A stretch of DNA of 32,000 nucleotides from positions 262,359-294,358 of the forward strand of contig JBHLKY010000002.1 of NCBI GenBank assembly GCA_048886185.1. The letters are read 5' to 3'. Source of the stretch: Candidatus Hermodarchaeota archaeon (GTDB taxonomy: Archaea > Asgardarchaeota > Heimdallarchaeia > Hodarchaeales > Hodarchaeaceae). The position numbers were made by a program, and so were the translations under genes. Below, piece after piece: positions 1 through 8,753 of the stretch; position 1 is the first letter of the stretch; each line of letters opens with the position of its first letter. The notes beneath the pieces were generated by a model. That model saw only the letters and a program-made list of their open reading frames with translations. It made no database searches and was not told where the DNA came from.

Positions 1-7
1 TTTTGGC

Positions 8-349
8 ATGTTGGAGATGTTCTTTCTTTATGGATTCTTTATATTTTGGATTACTACATCTACATTGATACTTTTAGGTCATAAAAACCCTTCTCGCGAC
101 CTTGATTCTTTTGGTGGACTCTTTTTTGCCACTGTCAGCATTGCTTGGCTTTTTGTGGTTTTTCCTTTTGAATTTGCTTATTTTGCAGACATATTGCCAG
201 CTTTTCTCGGAATTTTTGTAAAGTGGATTTCCAACGACATTGCTCGAGTGCTATTGGTGCTCCTTTTCTTTATCCATATTGTGGCTGCAGTTTATTCCCT
301 GGTCTTACGTCTGTTTGTTCGCAAAGTAAGGGCGCAAGGAAAACGGTGA
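8..349 (+). CDS. Small hypothetical membrane protein (about 3 hydrophobic segments), possibly 5'-truncated by the window edge
   Basis: 113-aa ORF, strongly hydrophobic with a basic C-terminal tail (RKVRAQGKR); the frame is open back to the window start. Confidence 0.6.
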   Translation: MLEMFFLYGFFIFWITTSTLILLGHKNPSRDLDSFGGLFFATVSIAWLFVVFPFEFAYFADILPAFLGIFVKWISNDIARVLLVLLFFIHIVAAVYSLVLRLFVRKVRAQGKR

Positions 350-399
350 CAAAAATAGAAAATTTGAATAATGAGAAGATAAAAATTAAAGGAATTGCC

Positions 400-501
400 G
401 AAGAAGGACACAAAAAGGGACATGTTACCAATCAAGTCATTCACCAAAAGGTAGATTTTACTAACAACAATATGTGTACCAGTTTTAATGATAAAACCTA
501 G
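400..501 (+). pseudogene. C-terminal remnant of an MDR/NAD(P)-dependent oxidoreductase gene
   Basis: Reads EEGHKKGHVTNQVI...NDKT*, compared with DKGHKKGNVVIDV (end of 1391-2332) and GRKKGNVVITVIRNNET* (end of 8754-9710); no N-terminal part is present. Confidence 0.45.
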
Positions 502-528
502 CATTTTGAATTCCTTGGTGTATTAGAA

Positions 529-1293
529 ATGAAAATAGGCAGAGGTAGGATGTTCATTAAATTATTGAGGTTATGGTTATGGTCCATTATAAGACGAGGG
601 TGGTATTTACCAGAGATTCCCGAAATTACTGTTGATGAAGTATACGATCGGTTGAATTCTAATAATCTACCGTTATTACTTGATCTTCGTGATCTAGTAG
701 AATTTTATGGGAATGGAAAATACAATTATGAAAAATTTGGACATATCCCGAATTCAAAATGGATACGCCTTATGGAACTCTCATCTCATCTTGAGGAGCT
801 TCAAGAATTTAAAGACAAAGAAATTGTAACTATTTGTCAGGGTGGTGGAATGTCTTTAGTAGCGGTCGAAATTATGATTGATGCTGGCTTTGAAGATGTG
901 AAAAGCCTAAAAGGGGGTATTAAACTTTGGTATAAAAAAGGGTATCCCCTAACTAAAATAAATGAGGGTAAATTTCCCCCTGATGAGATCAAACTTGGAT
1001 CTTTCGATAACAGATCTAAAATAATCGAAGAAAAGCTTCCTTTGTATGAAAAATATAATGGAGAAGTACATTATACTGTAGATGCACGTGGATTATATTG
1101 TCCTCAACCTGTTATGAAGTCTAAGAAAACATTGAAGACATTAAAAATTGGCCAGGTGTTAGAAATTCTAACTACTGATCCAGGGAGTAAAAAAGACATT
1201 CCATCTTGGGTCCATGTTACGGGTCAGGAACTCTTAGCCTCTGAGGAACACGGTTCTGAAGGTTATCGTTTTCTAGTAAAAAGAATGAAATAA
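529..1293 (+). CDS. Rhodanese-TusA/SirA fusion sulfurtransferase (copy 1)
   Basis: Rhodanese motifs LLDLR, GHIP, active-site loop TICQGGGMS and LKGGI..W; C-terminal TusA domain DARGLYCPQP, TDPGS..DIP.W. Confidence 0.9.
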   Translation: MKIGRGRMFIKLLRLWLWSIIRRGWYLPEIPEITVDEVYDRLNSNNLPLLLDLRDLVEFYGNGKYNYEKFGHIPNSKWIRLMELSSHLEELQEFKDKEIVTICQGGGMSLVAVEIMIDAGFEDVKSLKGGIKLWYKKGYPLTKINEGKFPPDEIKLGSFDNRSKIIEEKLPLYEKYNGEVHYTVDARGLYCPQPVMKSKKTLKTLKIGQVLEILTTDPGSKKDIPSWVHVTGQELLASEEHGSEGYRFLVKRMK

Positions 1294-1381
1294 AACTGCA
1301 TAATAGCTAGAACACTCTAAGGAGGATCTACCTACCTGTGCTTTTATAAAAGAATGTCAAGCTACTTTTTGAACGTAAAGT

Positions 1382-1386
1382 GGTGA
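1382..1386 (+). promoter_or_regulatory. Shine-Dalgarno-like GGTGA
   Basis: GGTGA-AAAA-ATG before the 1391 start; the same context occurs at 8744-8756, and GGTG precedes the 529 and 9787 starts. Confidence 0.55.
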
Positions 1387-1390
1387 AAAA

Positions 1391-2332
1391 ATGGAAAATA
1401 AGGAAAGAATGAGAGCAATAATCCAGACAAAAAACGGCCCACCCGATGTTCTTCAACTCCAAGAAGTAGAAAAACCAACTCCTGCAGATAATGAAGTATT
1501 AATCAAAATATATGCAGGAACAGTTACCATAGGGGACACAATACTTCGAGGACTCAGAATACCTGGATTTCTATGGTTTCTCCTACAAATTATTGGATTC
1601 CCACCAAGAAAAAAAATACCAGGGCATGAAGTCGCTGGAGAGATTGAGGCAGTAGGGAAAAATGTGAAATTATTTAGGAAAGGTGACCAAGTTTTTGGAA
1701 CTACTACTGGATTGACAAATGGTGGTAATGCTGAGTATGTGTGCTTACCTGAGGAATGGAAAGAAGGTGTGTTAGCAATAAAGCCGACTAATATTTCCTA
1801 TGCAGAAGCTGCTGTTATTCCCATTGGTGGCATGACAGCATTGCACATTTTACAAAAAGGGAATATTCAGAATGGCAACAAAGTTCTTATTTACGGTGCC
1901 TCTGGAAGTGTAGGTACATTTGCAGTCCAAATTGCTAAGTATTTTGGTGCAGAAGTGACTGGAGTATGCAGTACCACAAATTTAGACTTGGTAAGATCTT
2001 TGGGAGCCAATGAGGTTATTGATTACACTCAGGAGGATTTCACTGAACGTGAGAACACCTATGATGTTATTTTTGATGCTGTGGGGAAGATTACAAAGAA
2101 ACGATATAAATACTCATTGAAGAAAAAAGGGGTCTTTCTTTCTGTTAAATCTTCTACAAGCGAAACGAAGGAAAAACTGGCTTTCCTGAAAGAATTAACA
2201 GAAGCTGGTAAGCTGAGATCAGTCATTGATAGACACTATCCACTAGAACAGACTGCTGAGGCTCATCGATATGTTGATAAGGGACATAAAAAAGGAAATG
2301 TCGTCATCGATGTAGTACCAAAACCTAGATAA
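1391..2332 (+). CDS. MDR-family NAD(P)-dependent oxidoreductase, quinone-reductase-like (copy 1)
   Basis: GPPDVL...PTPADNEVLI, GHEVAG, GASGSVG nucleotide-binding loop, AHRYVDKGHKKGNVV; no Cys at the catalytic-Zn position. Confidence 0.92.
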   Translation: MENKERMRAIIQTKNGPPDVLQLQEVEKPTPADNEVLIKIYAGTVTIGDTILRGLRIPGFLWFLLQIIGFPPRKKIPGHEVAGEIEAVGKNVKLFRKGDQVFGTTTGLTNGGNAEYVCLPEEWKEGVLAIKPTNISYAEAAVIPIGGMTALHILQKGNIQNGNKVLIYGASGSVGTFAVQIAKYFGAEVTGVCSTTNLDLVRSLGANEVIDYTQEDFTERENTYDVIFDAVGKITKKRYKYSLKKKGVFLSVKSSTSETKEKLAFLKELTEAGKLRSVIDRHYPLEQTAEAHRYVDKGHKKGNVVIDVVPKPR

Positions 2333-2384
2333 TCGACTGTTAGAACAATTGATATTATAAAACAGACCATAAGAGTTACTAAAA

Positions 2385-2867
2385 ATGAAAACTAATAAGC
2401 TGAAGAGTTTATTGGTGGTGTTTTCATTTCATCACAAAAATACTGAGAAAATTGCTAATGTCTTCGCGCAAGTGCTTGATACACAAATAAAAACACCACG
2501 ACAAATAAATCCCGAAGAGCTTCAGGAGTATCGTTTAATCGGCTTTGGTTCAGGGATATATGATGAAAAACATCATAAAACTCTGCTTAATCTTGCTGAT
2601 AAACTTCCACAAGTCACCAACAGGAAAGCATTCATTTTCTCAACTAGTGGAATGACCAGAGAAGCAGCCAAAGCTCATTCGCCGCTTAGGCACAAACTGC
2701 AATCTAAAGGTTACATGATTGTTGATGAATTTAGTTGTGCGGGTTTTAACACAATTAGTTATCTCAGATTCATTGGAGGAATGAATAAGGGGAGACCTAA
2801 TGCTGAAGACCTCAAACATGCAGAAGAATTCGCTCAAAATCTTATTACTTTAGTACATAAGAAATGA
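2385..2867 (+). CDS. Flavodoxin family protein
   Basis: SFHHKNTEKIA (FMN phosphate loop), GFGSGIY, FSTSG, FSCAG, GRPNAEDLKHAEEFA. Confidence 0.88.
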   Translation: MKTNKLKSLLVVFSFHHKNTEKIANVFAQVLDTQIKTPRQINPEELQEYRLIGFGSGIYDEKHHKTLLNLADKLPQVTNRKAFIFSTSGMTREAAKAHSPLRHKLQSKGYMIVDEFSCAGFNTISYLRFIGGMNKGRPNAEDLKHAEEFAQNLITLVHKK

Positions 2868-2873
2868 TGGAAA

Positions 2874-3830
2874 ATGACTCCTAAAACAACTCCTGATGAC
2901 CCAGTATCACAAGAAATTGACGAAGTTGAATTAAAGAAAATGGGAGTATCTTTCTACAGCTGGGCGAAAGAGAATATTAAGAAGCAACAACACAAATCTA
3001 CAATATCCAAGTATAAAAGAGGATTAGAGTGGGATGAAGAACAATTAAATGAAACTTTAGAAGATATTGATTCAGAACATCCTCTGAAAAATACTATAAT
3101 AAACATTAATGAAAAACAATTTCGATTAAGATTTACTTATTTCGTAGCTATGACATTACTTCCAGCAGTTGGTCTTTCTATCGCTATTACTGCTCCATTC
3201 ACTTTTCCTTGGTTATTTAAATTTGTAATACCTGAAATAATGACAATAATCCCTTCTTTTCTGGCAGATTTTATAAGAGATTTAATTGGTTCAATTCAGT
3301 CCTTTCTAGCGATATTTTCTTGGCTTGAGCCTCTAATTGATTTCATCATGCAGATTGCAGCTACCTTTAATCCATTATTGGTGTATATGGCTATTATGTA
3401 TATTCTAAATTCGGCAGATATTGTACATGATGAATATTATGAAGACCCTTTACTTGATCTTTCTAATATCCCTTCCTCAGCAGATTTTCTTGCCTCTGAC
3501 TTTCAAATGAAATTTGGTTTAAGTTTCTCTGAGATTACTGTTTTTCTTTTTCTCATATCTTTTTTTATTTCATTATTCTTAATAATAGGACGAGAAAAAT
3601 GGGTAATATTTGAATTTTTGACTGCAAAAGACGAGAAGAATTATTTGGAAGAGATTGAACGAGCTTTTATCGGTTACTATCAAGATAAAGGATATGAGGA
3701 AATCAACTACATTAAGAGTCGTTTCTCTGAATCACCAAGACTGAAGACTCTTGCTTATCTAGTAAAATTAAGTCCAGTTTTATCCTTTGTTATTCCTGTA
3801 GTATTAGTGATAGTTTTTTTGTATCTCTAG
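2874..3830 (+). CDS. Hypothetical multi-pass membrane protein
   Basis: 318-aa ORF with a charged N-terminal region and 4-5 hydrophobic segments; no family motif recognised. Confidence 0.75.
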   Translation: MTPKTTPDDPVSQEIDEVELKKMGVSFYSWAKENIKKQQHKSTISKYKRGLEWDEEQLNETLEDIDSEHPLKNTIININEKQFRLRFTYFVAMTLLPAVGLSIAITAPFTFPWLFKFVIPEIMTIIPSFLADFIRDLIGSIQSFLAIFSWLEPLIDFIMQIAATFNPLLVYMAIMYILNSADIVHDEYYEDPLLDLSNIPSSADFLASDFQMKFGLSFSEITVFLFLISFFISLFLIIGREKWVIFEFLTAKDEKNYLEEIERAFIGYYQDKGYEEINYIKSRFSESPRLKTLAYLVKLSPVLSFVIPVVLVIVFLYL

Positions 3831-3883
3831 AAGGAGGAAGAATCAAAATTAATAGATAAACTCGTTTGTAGTTCACAAACTGC

Positions 3884-5338
3884 TTAATGAATTATAGCTT
3901 CTAACTCTTGTGCTATTCTTTTTACTGCCTTAATAAATGTCCTGAGATCTTCCTTTTTAGTTCTATGATTCGTTATTGCCACTCTTATAGCATATTTGCC
4001 ATTTAATCTCGTATGAGAAGGTACTGCAATACCCCGTTCCTGAAGTTGGAGAACTATTTCCTCATTCAATTTATTGAGTATTTCCAGATCCATTTCCTCA
4101 TTCTTGAATCTGAAACATACGATATTCATTGCTGTTGGGGCTAGCAATTCTAACTTATCTTCTTTTTCTATTAATTCTGTTAAATGCTTAGCTTGTTGAA
4201 TATTCTGCTCAACCAATTGGCCAAATTTTTCAATTCCATGTTCTTTCATGCTCATCCAGATTTTTAGGGTTTTAAACTCTCCAGATAATTCAAATCCATA
4301 ATCACTATACCATATCTCAGGGCCTCCAACACCTCGTGTGCCATGTGCTAAGTATTCTGGAACTACAGCAAATGAGTCAAAATGATCTTTATGACTCTTA
4401 ACTAAGACACAACCAACTGCATAATTTGTATGAAACCATTTATGGAAGTCTACAGCAATCGAATCTGCAAGTTCCATCCCATCTGCAAGATGATATGATT
4501 TAGGAGCTATTCTAGTTAAGGCACCAAATGCACCATCGATGTGGAACCACATATCATGTTGTTTTGCAATATCTGCCAAAGCTTTAAGATCATCTATAGC
4601 TCCCGTGTTCACAGTACCGAGATTTCCAATGACACAGATAGGTTTGTAACCATCTCTTTTGTCTCTGTTAATTGTTTTCTTTAGGTTTTCAAGATCAATT
4701 TGAAAATCTTTAGTCACAGGAATTTTTCTAAGATTTTTGTTACCTACCCCTAACAACTCTATTGCCTTTTGAAGACAGCTATGCCCCTCTGTTGAGCAAT
4801 AATAAGTTACTTTACTATTTCCAAATTGTAGACCTTCTTCTCGTAGATTGAAACCCGCTTTTACATTTCGAGCCACAGTTAGCCCAACAACACTTGCCAT
4901 GGAAGCACCTCTAGTTATCAATCCAGATGCTTGTGGATCATAGTCCAACATTTCTTTGACCCATTCTAGAACCTGATGTTCCACATAATTTGCTATATGT
5001 TCTAACCCTCCAGAAGGTTGGTTTAATGCTGAAGCAATGAAGTCTCCATAAGCCCCAAATAAAGTACCTGTGCCCACAACCCATCCCCAGAAGCAGGGGT
5101 GGGTATTTCCCAATGTGTAAGGGATTATCATTTCTTTTATTTCTTTGTAAATTGCACTGATCTTCTGACCTTCTTTGGGTATTGGTTTCTGAGCTCTATC
5201 TTTAACTTCTGATGGAATTGGTTGCCATACTGGTTTTTTTCGGATAGTCTTCAGATGTTCAATCATGTCATCAATAATCTGATGGCCTAATTTTCTTTGT
5301 TCTTCCCAATCTTTAGGATCTAATGTTTCTTCAAACAA
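3884..5338 (-). CDS. Group II PLP-dependent amino acid decarboxylase (aromatic-L-amino-acid/DDC-like)
   Basis: HP.FWGWV, GTVNTGAIDDL, HIDGAFG, PLP-lysine motif DSIAVDFHKW, C-terminal IRVAITNHRT; 484 aa. Confidence 0.93.
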   Translation of the reverse strand: MFEETLDPKDWEEQRKLGHQIIDDMIEHLKTIRKKPVWQPIPSEVKDRAQKPIPKEGQKISAIYKEIKEMIIPYTLGNTHPCFWGWVVGTGTLFGAYGDFIASALNQPSGGLEHIANYVEHQVLEWVKEMLDYDPQASGLITRGASMASVVGLTVARNVKAGFNLREEGLQFGNSKVTYYCSTEGHSCLQKAIELLGVGNKNLRKIPVTKDFQIDLENLKKTINRDKRDGYKPICVIGNLGTVNTGAIDDLKALADIAKQHDMWFHIDGAFGALTRIAPKSYHLADGMELADSIAVDFHKWFHTNYAVGCVLVKSHKDHFDSFAVVPEYLAHGTRGVGGPEIWYSDYGFELSGEFKTLKIWMSMKEHGIEKFGQLVEQNIQQAKHLTELIEKEDKLELLAPTAMNIVCFRFKNEEMDLEILNKLNEEIVLQLQERGIAVPSHTRLNGKYAIRVAITNHRTKKEDLRTFIKAVKRIAQELEAIIH

Positions 5339-5469
5339 AAAAGAGTTCCTCCGTATTCTAGACCAAATTTAACTAATGGTAGCGAAAGGATTTTGGAGGT
5401 TTTATGAGGATTATGGATTCCAAAGACATCCATCAGATACTGCAAGTATGTTCAGATATCACAAAGCAA

Positions 5470-5646
5470 AATCTGAATAAATTTAGAAAAGCGTAAGAAC
5501 CAACAGAAAACATTAAACTGAGTGAAAACAAACTAGGAGAGAAATAACAGGAGAACATTCCAGCTGTGTATGGTAGTTGATGTAGGAGGTGTTGTTGCTG
5601 AAGTTGTGGACATTGGAGTAATAGTAGGAATAGTAGTGATGAGCAA
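5470..5646 (-). pseudogene. Remnant of a Ser/Thr/Pro-rich linker plus C-terminal membrane anchor of a surface protein
   Basis: Minus strand reads TTIPTITPMSTTSATTPPTSTTIHSWNVLLLFLS*, and the hydrophobic run continues in another frame (SLFSLSLMFSVGSYAFLNLF); no start or upstream domain. Confidence 0.4.
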
Positions 5647-5675
5647 TTAAGGCTCAATTGATGCAGTCACTCAAC

Positions 5676-6815
5676 TTAATTTTTCTTTTCTAGATACTCC
5701 TTTAATCTAATATCAAGATATTTTAGCTCAAGTAGTTTGAAGTACTGTTCAAATTGTTCATAAGAATGATGAATTTCTTGAAAGAACACTAATAGAGAAT
5801 TGATATCCTCACCAGGTTTGATTTGACTAGTTTTATCAATTAAATCGCTTATACTTTGTCTCATTTCAGCAGCGTATCTAATATTGAGTCTGAACCTATG
5901 TATTGTTCTAGTATCCCATGATTGAACAATTATATAGTATTTTTTCCTATCACCAGGTTTTTTTATCAATTGAACCATTTTCATATTTAATAATGATTTT
6001 AAAGTGTCTGAGATGATACTTCTTTGAAAACCTGATGCTTGTTCAAGCTCCTTCTGTGTGAGTGGCTGATTTTCTAAAAACAATTCTGTTCCGAGGATAG
6101 TTCGTGCAATCGCTGTTTGAGATCTTGCTGAGGTTAGATTTTCTCTAAATTTTTGGTAAAACTTATTTTTAAGTCGGATATAGATTTTGGATAATTCTTT
6201 ATCTCCAATTCGTTGAATTGGGACGGAAATTGGTAATTTAGGGGGATTTAATAGACTCTGAATATATGTCTGGCTTTCAGGGGAATTCAGAAGATTGGCA
6301 TTAAACAAATGATTCGTATCAATGTCTCCTGTTTTAATTAGAGTATGGAACTCATCAGTTGTATCCGAAAATAGATTTAGATAGAGAGTACCATATTCAT
6401 AAGATTTTCTTAAGAATTCACTAAAATCACGAAATTTTTGATGTTTCGTGATACATGGTTGAATTTCCTCAATCAACGGAAGAATAAAGTCAACCTTATC
6501 TTTATAGGCCTCAATTAACATCCTTAGAAATGTAATCATGAACTCCCTGGCGGTCATATTAATAGTATAGAATTTTTTCCTTATTTTTAGCTTTTTAATT
6601 TGAATTACAGGGAAATTCACCTGAAGAAGTGTTAACATCTGAGAAATTGTTGTTTTAGAGTAGTTTGTAAGCTCCTTAATTTTGTCTTGTGTGATAGGCT
6701 CCTGTTCTATAAATACGGCCATCATACAACCAAAAAAATTTTTAGGAAAAAGAAGACCGGAGTGTTTTTCCTCCATAAATTTAATAAATTCTCTCTTTAT
6801 ATCAATAGTGTTCAT
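5676..6815 (-). CDS. Transcriptional regulator with two tandem GbsR/MarR-type winged-helix modules
   Basis: Two repeats: EQEPITQDKIKELTNYSKTTISQML...RKKFY and ENQPLTQKELEQASGFQRSIISDTL...GDRKKYY, each followed by a long helical region. Confidence 0.85.
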   Translation of the reverse strand: MNTIDIKREFIKFMEEKHSGLLFPKNFFGCMMAVFIEQEPITQDKIKELTNYSKTTISQMLTLLQVNFPVIQIKKLKIRKKFYTINMTAREFMITFLRMLIEAYKDKVDFILPLIEEIQPCITKHQKFRDFSEFLRKSYEYGTLYLNLFSDTTDEFHTLIKTGDIDTNHLFNANLLNSPESQTYIQSLLNPPKLPISVPIQRIGDKELSKIYIRLKNKFYQKFRENLTSARSQTAIARTILGTELFLENQPLTQKELEQASGFQRSIISDTLKSLLNMKMVQLIKKPGDRKKYYIIVQSWDTRTIHRFRLNIRYAAEMRQSISDLIDKTSQIKPGEDINSLLVFFQEIHHSYEQFEQYFKLLELKYLDIRLKEYLEKKN

Positions 6816-6926
6816 AATACGCCATAAACATTCGCATTCCTATATAAATACTTTTCTGAGTTTTTGTGTTTTTATGAAAATATTTATAAAAAATCAAATT
6901 AAAAATCAAATGACCGTTAAAATCAT

Positions 6927-8354
6927 GTGAAGAAGGTCTTACAACAAATGTCAGAAACAATAAAACTTAAGAAATACGAAAGAAAGGTTAATCCGTTAGA
7001 ACGTATATTTAACCGATCACCTTATGCGATTGTTACAATGGTAGCTCGGATTAAAGGAGAGATTTCAGAAAGCTTACTAAATGATGCTATTAGTAAAGTC
7101 CAACAGAGACATCTAAACCTCAGGGTTCGAATTTATGAGGATAAGGAGCACAATCTATGGTTTACATCAGAAGGGGTCAAAGAAATCCCAATAGAAATCG
7201 TTACACGAGAATCGAATGAACACTGGATTAATGTATTTCATGATGCTTGTAAAATTCCTTTTGATTTTGAGGAACGGCCTGCTATTCGGTTTATTTTAGT
7301 ACAATCTCCAGAAATATCTGAATTGATAATTTTATGTCATCATATTATCTGTGACGGGATGTCATTAGCGTATCTTGCAAGAGATATAATAACACATCTT
7401 GGGGATCCAACTAGAGAAGTGGAAGTATTGCCTGACCCAGTTCCAGTGGACAAAGATAATTTACCTCAAGATGTTTCCATTAACGTTATTGTCAAGTATT
7501 TTATCAAGAGAATCAATAAAAATTGGAAAAAAAATGAAACTTATTTCGATCACGACGATTACAGGAGTCTTAACGAAGCTTATTGGAAAACATATAAACA
7601 CCAAATGCTCTCAATTGAACTTTCCGAAGCGCAAACTTCCGCATTAGTTGACAGATGTAGAAAAGAGGGAGTAACAGTAAATACTGCATTAACTACTGCG
7701 TTTACAGGTGCTCAATCCATAATACAGGGTGATAAAGTCAATTCAAATATAGCCATTGGTGCTAGCATTAGGGATCGTCTCCTACGACCTGCAGGGGAAG
7801 CTATGGGATATTTTGCTGGCGGAGTAAATTTAAAGTATAGGTATAACAATAAGAAGAATTTCTGGGATAATGCTCGAAAACTTCATCAAAAAGTAAAGCC
7901 ACTCTATGTAAACAAGAATCTATTCAAAGAGTTATTACCCTGGTGTTACCTTGAACCAGGTATTATGGAATCGCTTAGTTACAAAATGTTAGGGGAACTC
8001 GTCTCATCAAACTCTCCACGGTACGAGAAACTCTCTGGATTCAGCAAACGAGATGATGTAGTCTCATCTATACTTAAAAGAGAGAAAATGGATTCTCTAG
8101 ATAAAACGTTTTTAGGAACTTCTATAACAAATCTCACCCGTTTGAATTTCCCACAAATATACGGAAAATTAGAGTTAGATCGCTTAATCATGAATCCTGG
8201 TGGAATGTTTCCTTTAGCATTGGTTGATCTAGTTGTAGGAGCAGTGACTTGTTCTGGAAAACTAAGTTTACTTGTCGAATATGCTGAAGAAACTATTGAT
8301 TCCGCCACTATGGAGAAAATTAGAGAAAAAGCAATGGAATTCTTGCTTATTTGA
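6927..8354 (+). CDS. Stand-alone condensation-domain / CoA-dependent acyltransferase (PapA5 / alcohol acetyltransferase-like); start may be ATG 6948
   Basis: HHxxxDG motif HHIICDG, RH.NLR in the N-lobe, CRKEGVTVNTAL, C-terminal SITNL and VTCSGKLSL. Confidence 0.85.
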   Translation: MKKVLQQMSETIKLKKYERKVNPLERIFNRSPYAIVTMVARIKGEISESLLNDAISKVQQRHLNLRVRIYEDKEHNLWFTSEGVKEIPIEIVTRESNEHWINVFHDACKIPFDFEERPAIRFILVQSPEISELIILCHHIICDGMSLAYLARDIITHLGDPTREVEVLPDPVPVDKDNLPQDVSINVIVKYFIKRINKNWKKNETYFDHDDYRSLNEAYWKTYKHQMLSIELSEAQTSALVDRCRKEGVTVNTALTTAFTGAQSIIQGDKVNSNIAIGASIRDRLLRPAGEAMGYFAGGVNLKYRYNNKKNFWDNARKLHQKVKPLYVNKNLFKELLPWCYLEPGIMESLSYKMLGELVSSNSPRYEKLSGFSKRDDVVSSILKREKMDSLDKTFLGTSITNLTRLNFPQIYGKLELDRLIMNPGGMFPLALVDLVVGAVTCSGKLSLLVEYAEETIDSATMEKIREKAMEFLLI

Positions 8355-8406
8355 TACAAACTAGGTGAATACGATACTGTCTTGCATTTTTCTCAAACTC
8401 CTCAAA

Positions 8407-8628
8407 TTATTGGTCTTCATCCCTATTTTTATTTTCTAAGTTTTCTGATTCCATTGATCTCATAAGAATATTGACAATCAAGTTGAAATGGGCTTTCCTT
8501 TCACTATCTTTCCCTTCCCAAACCATAGAAATATCAAATCTGCCAGAAAGATAAGGCCAACTCTTACTTACTCTAGCTTCCCTAAAAGATGTAATTTTCG
8601 TTTTATGAATATTTGGGTTTAATAAATC
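8407..8628 (-). pseudogene. Start-less 73-codon open frame, probably a gene fragment
   Basis: DLLNPNIHKTKITSFREARVSKSWPYLSGRFDISMVWEGKDSERKAHFNLIVNILMRSMESENLENKNRDEDQ*; the nearest upstream ATG (8636) is out of frame. Confidence 0.3.
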
Positions 8629-8695
8629 TTATTCATTTGTATCAAATTTGAACAGAAATAAACAGAAAAAATGATTTCAACCAAAATTAGAGAGG

Positions 8696-8748
8696 ATTCT
8701 CAAATGAAAGCTATTGCATACCCAGACAGCAATAAAATTCTAAGGTGA
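8696..8748 (+). pseudogene. N-terminal remnant of an MDR oxidoreductase start (MKAIAYPDSNKILR*)
   Basis: 8696-8716 matches 23572-23592 at 20/21 nt, which is the start region of MDR copy 3. Confidence 0.45.
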
Positions 8749-8753
8749 AAAAA

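Noticed and set aside
1391-2332. Calling the MDR genes classical Zn-dependent alcohol dehydrogenases
   Set aside because: The catalytic-Zn Cys and the structural-Zn Cys4 lobe are absent in all copies.
2865-2876. Flavodoxin TGA is in frame with the next ORF (TGA TGG AAA ATG), suggesting readthrough or Sec fusion
   Set aside because: The flavodoxin is complete at the stop, the position is not a catalytic Cys/Sec site, and in-frame spacing has a 1-in-3 chance.
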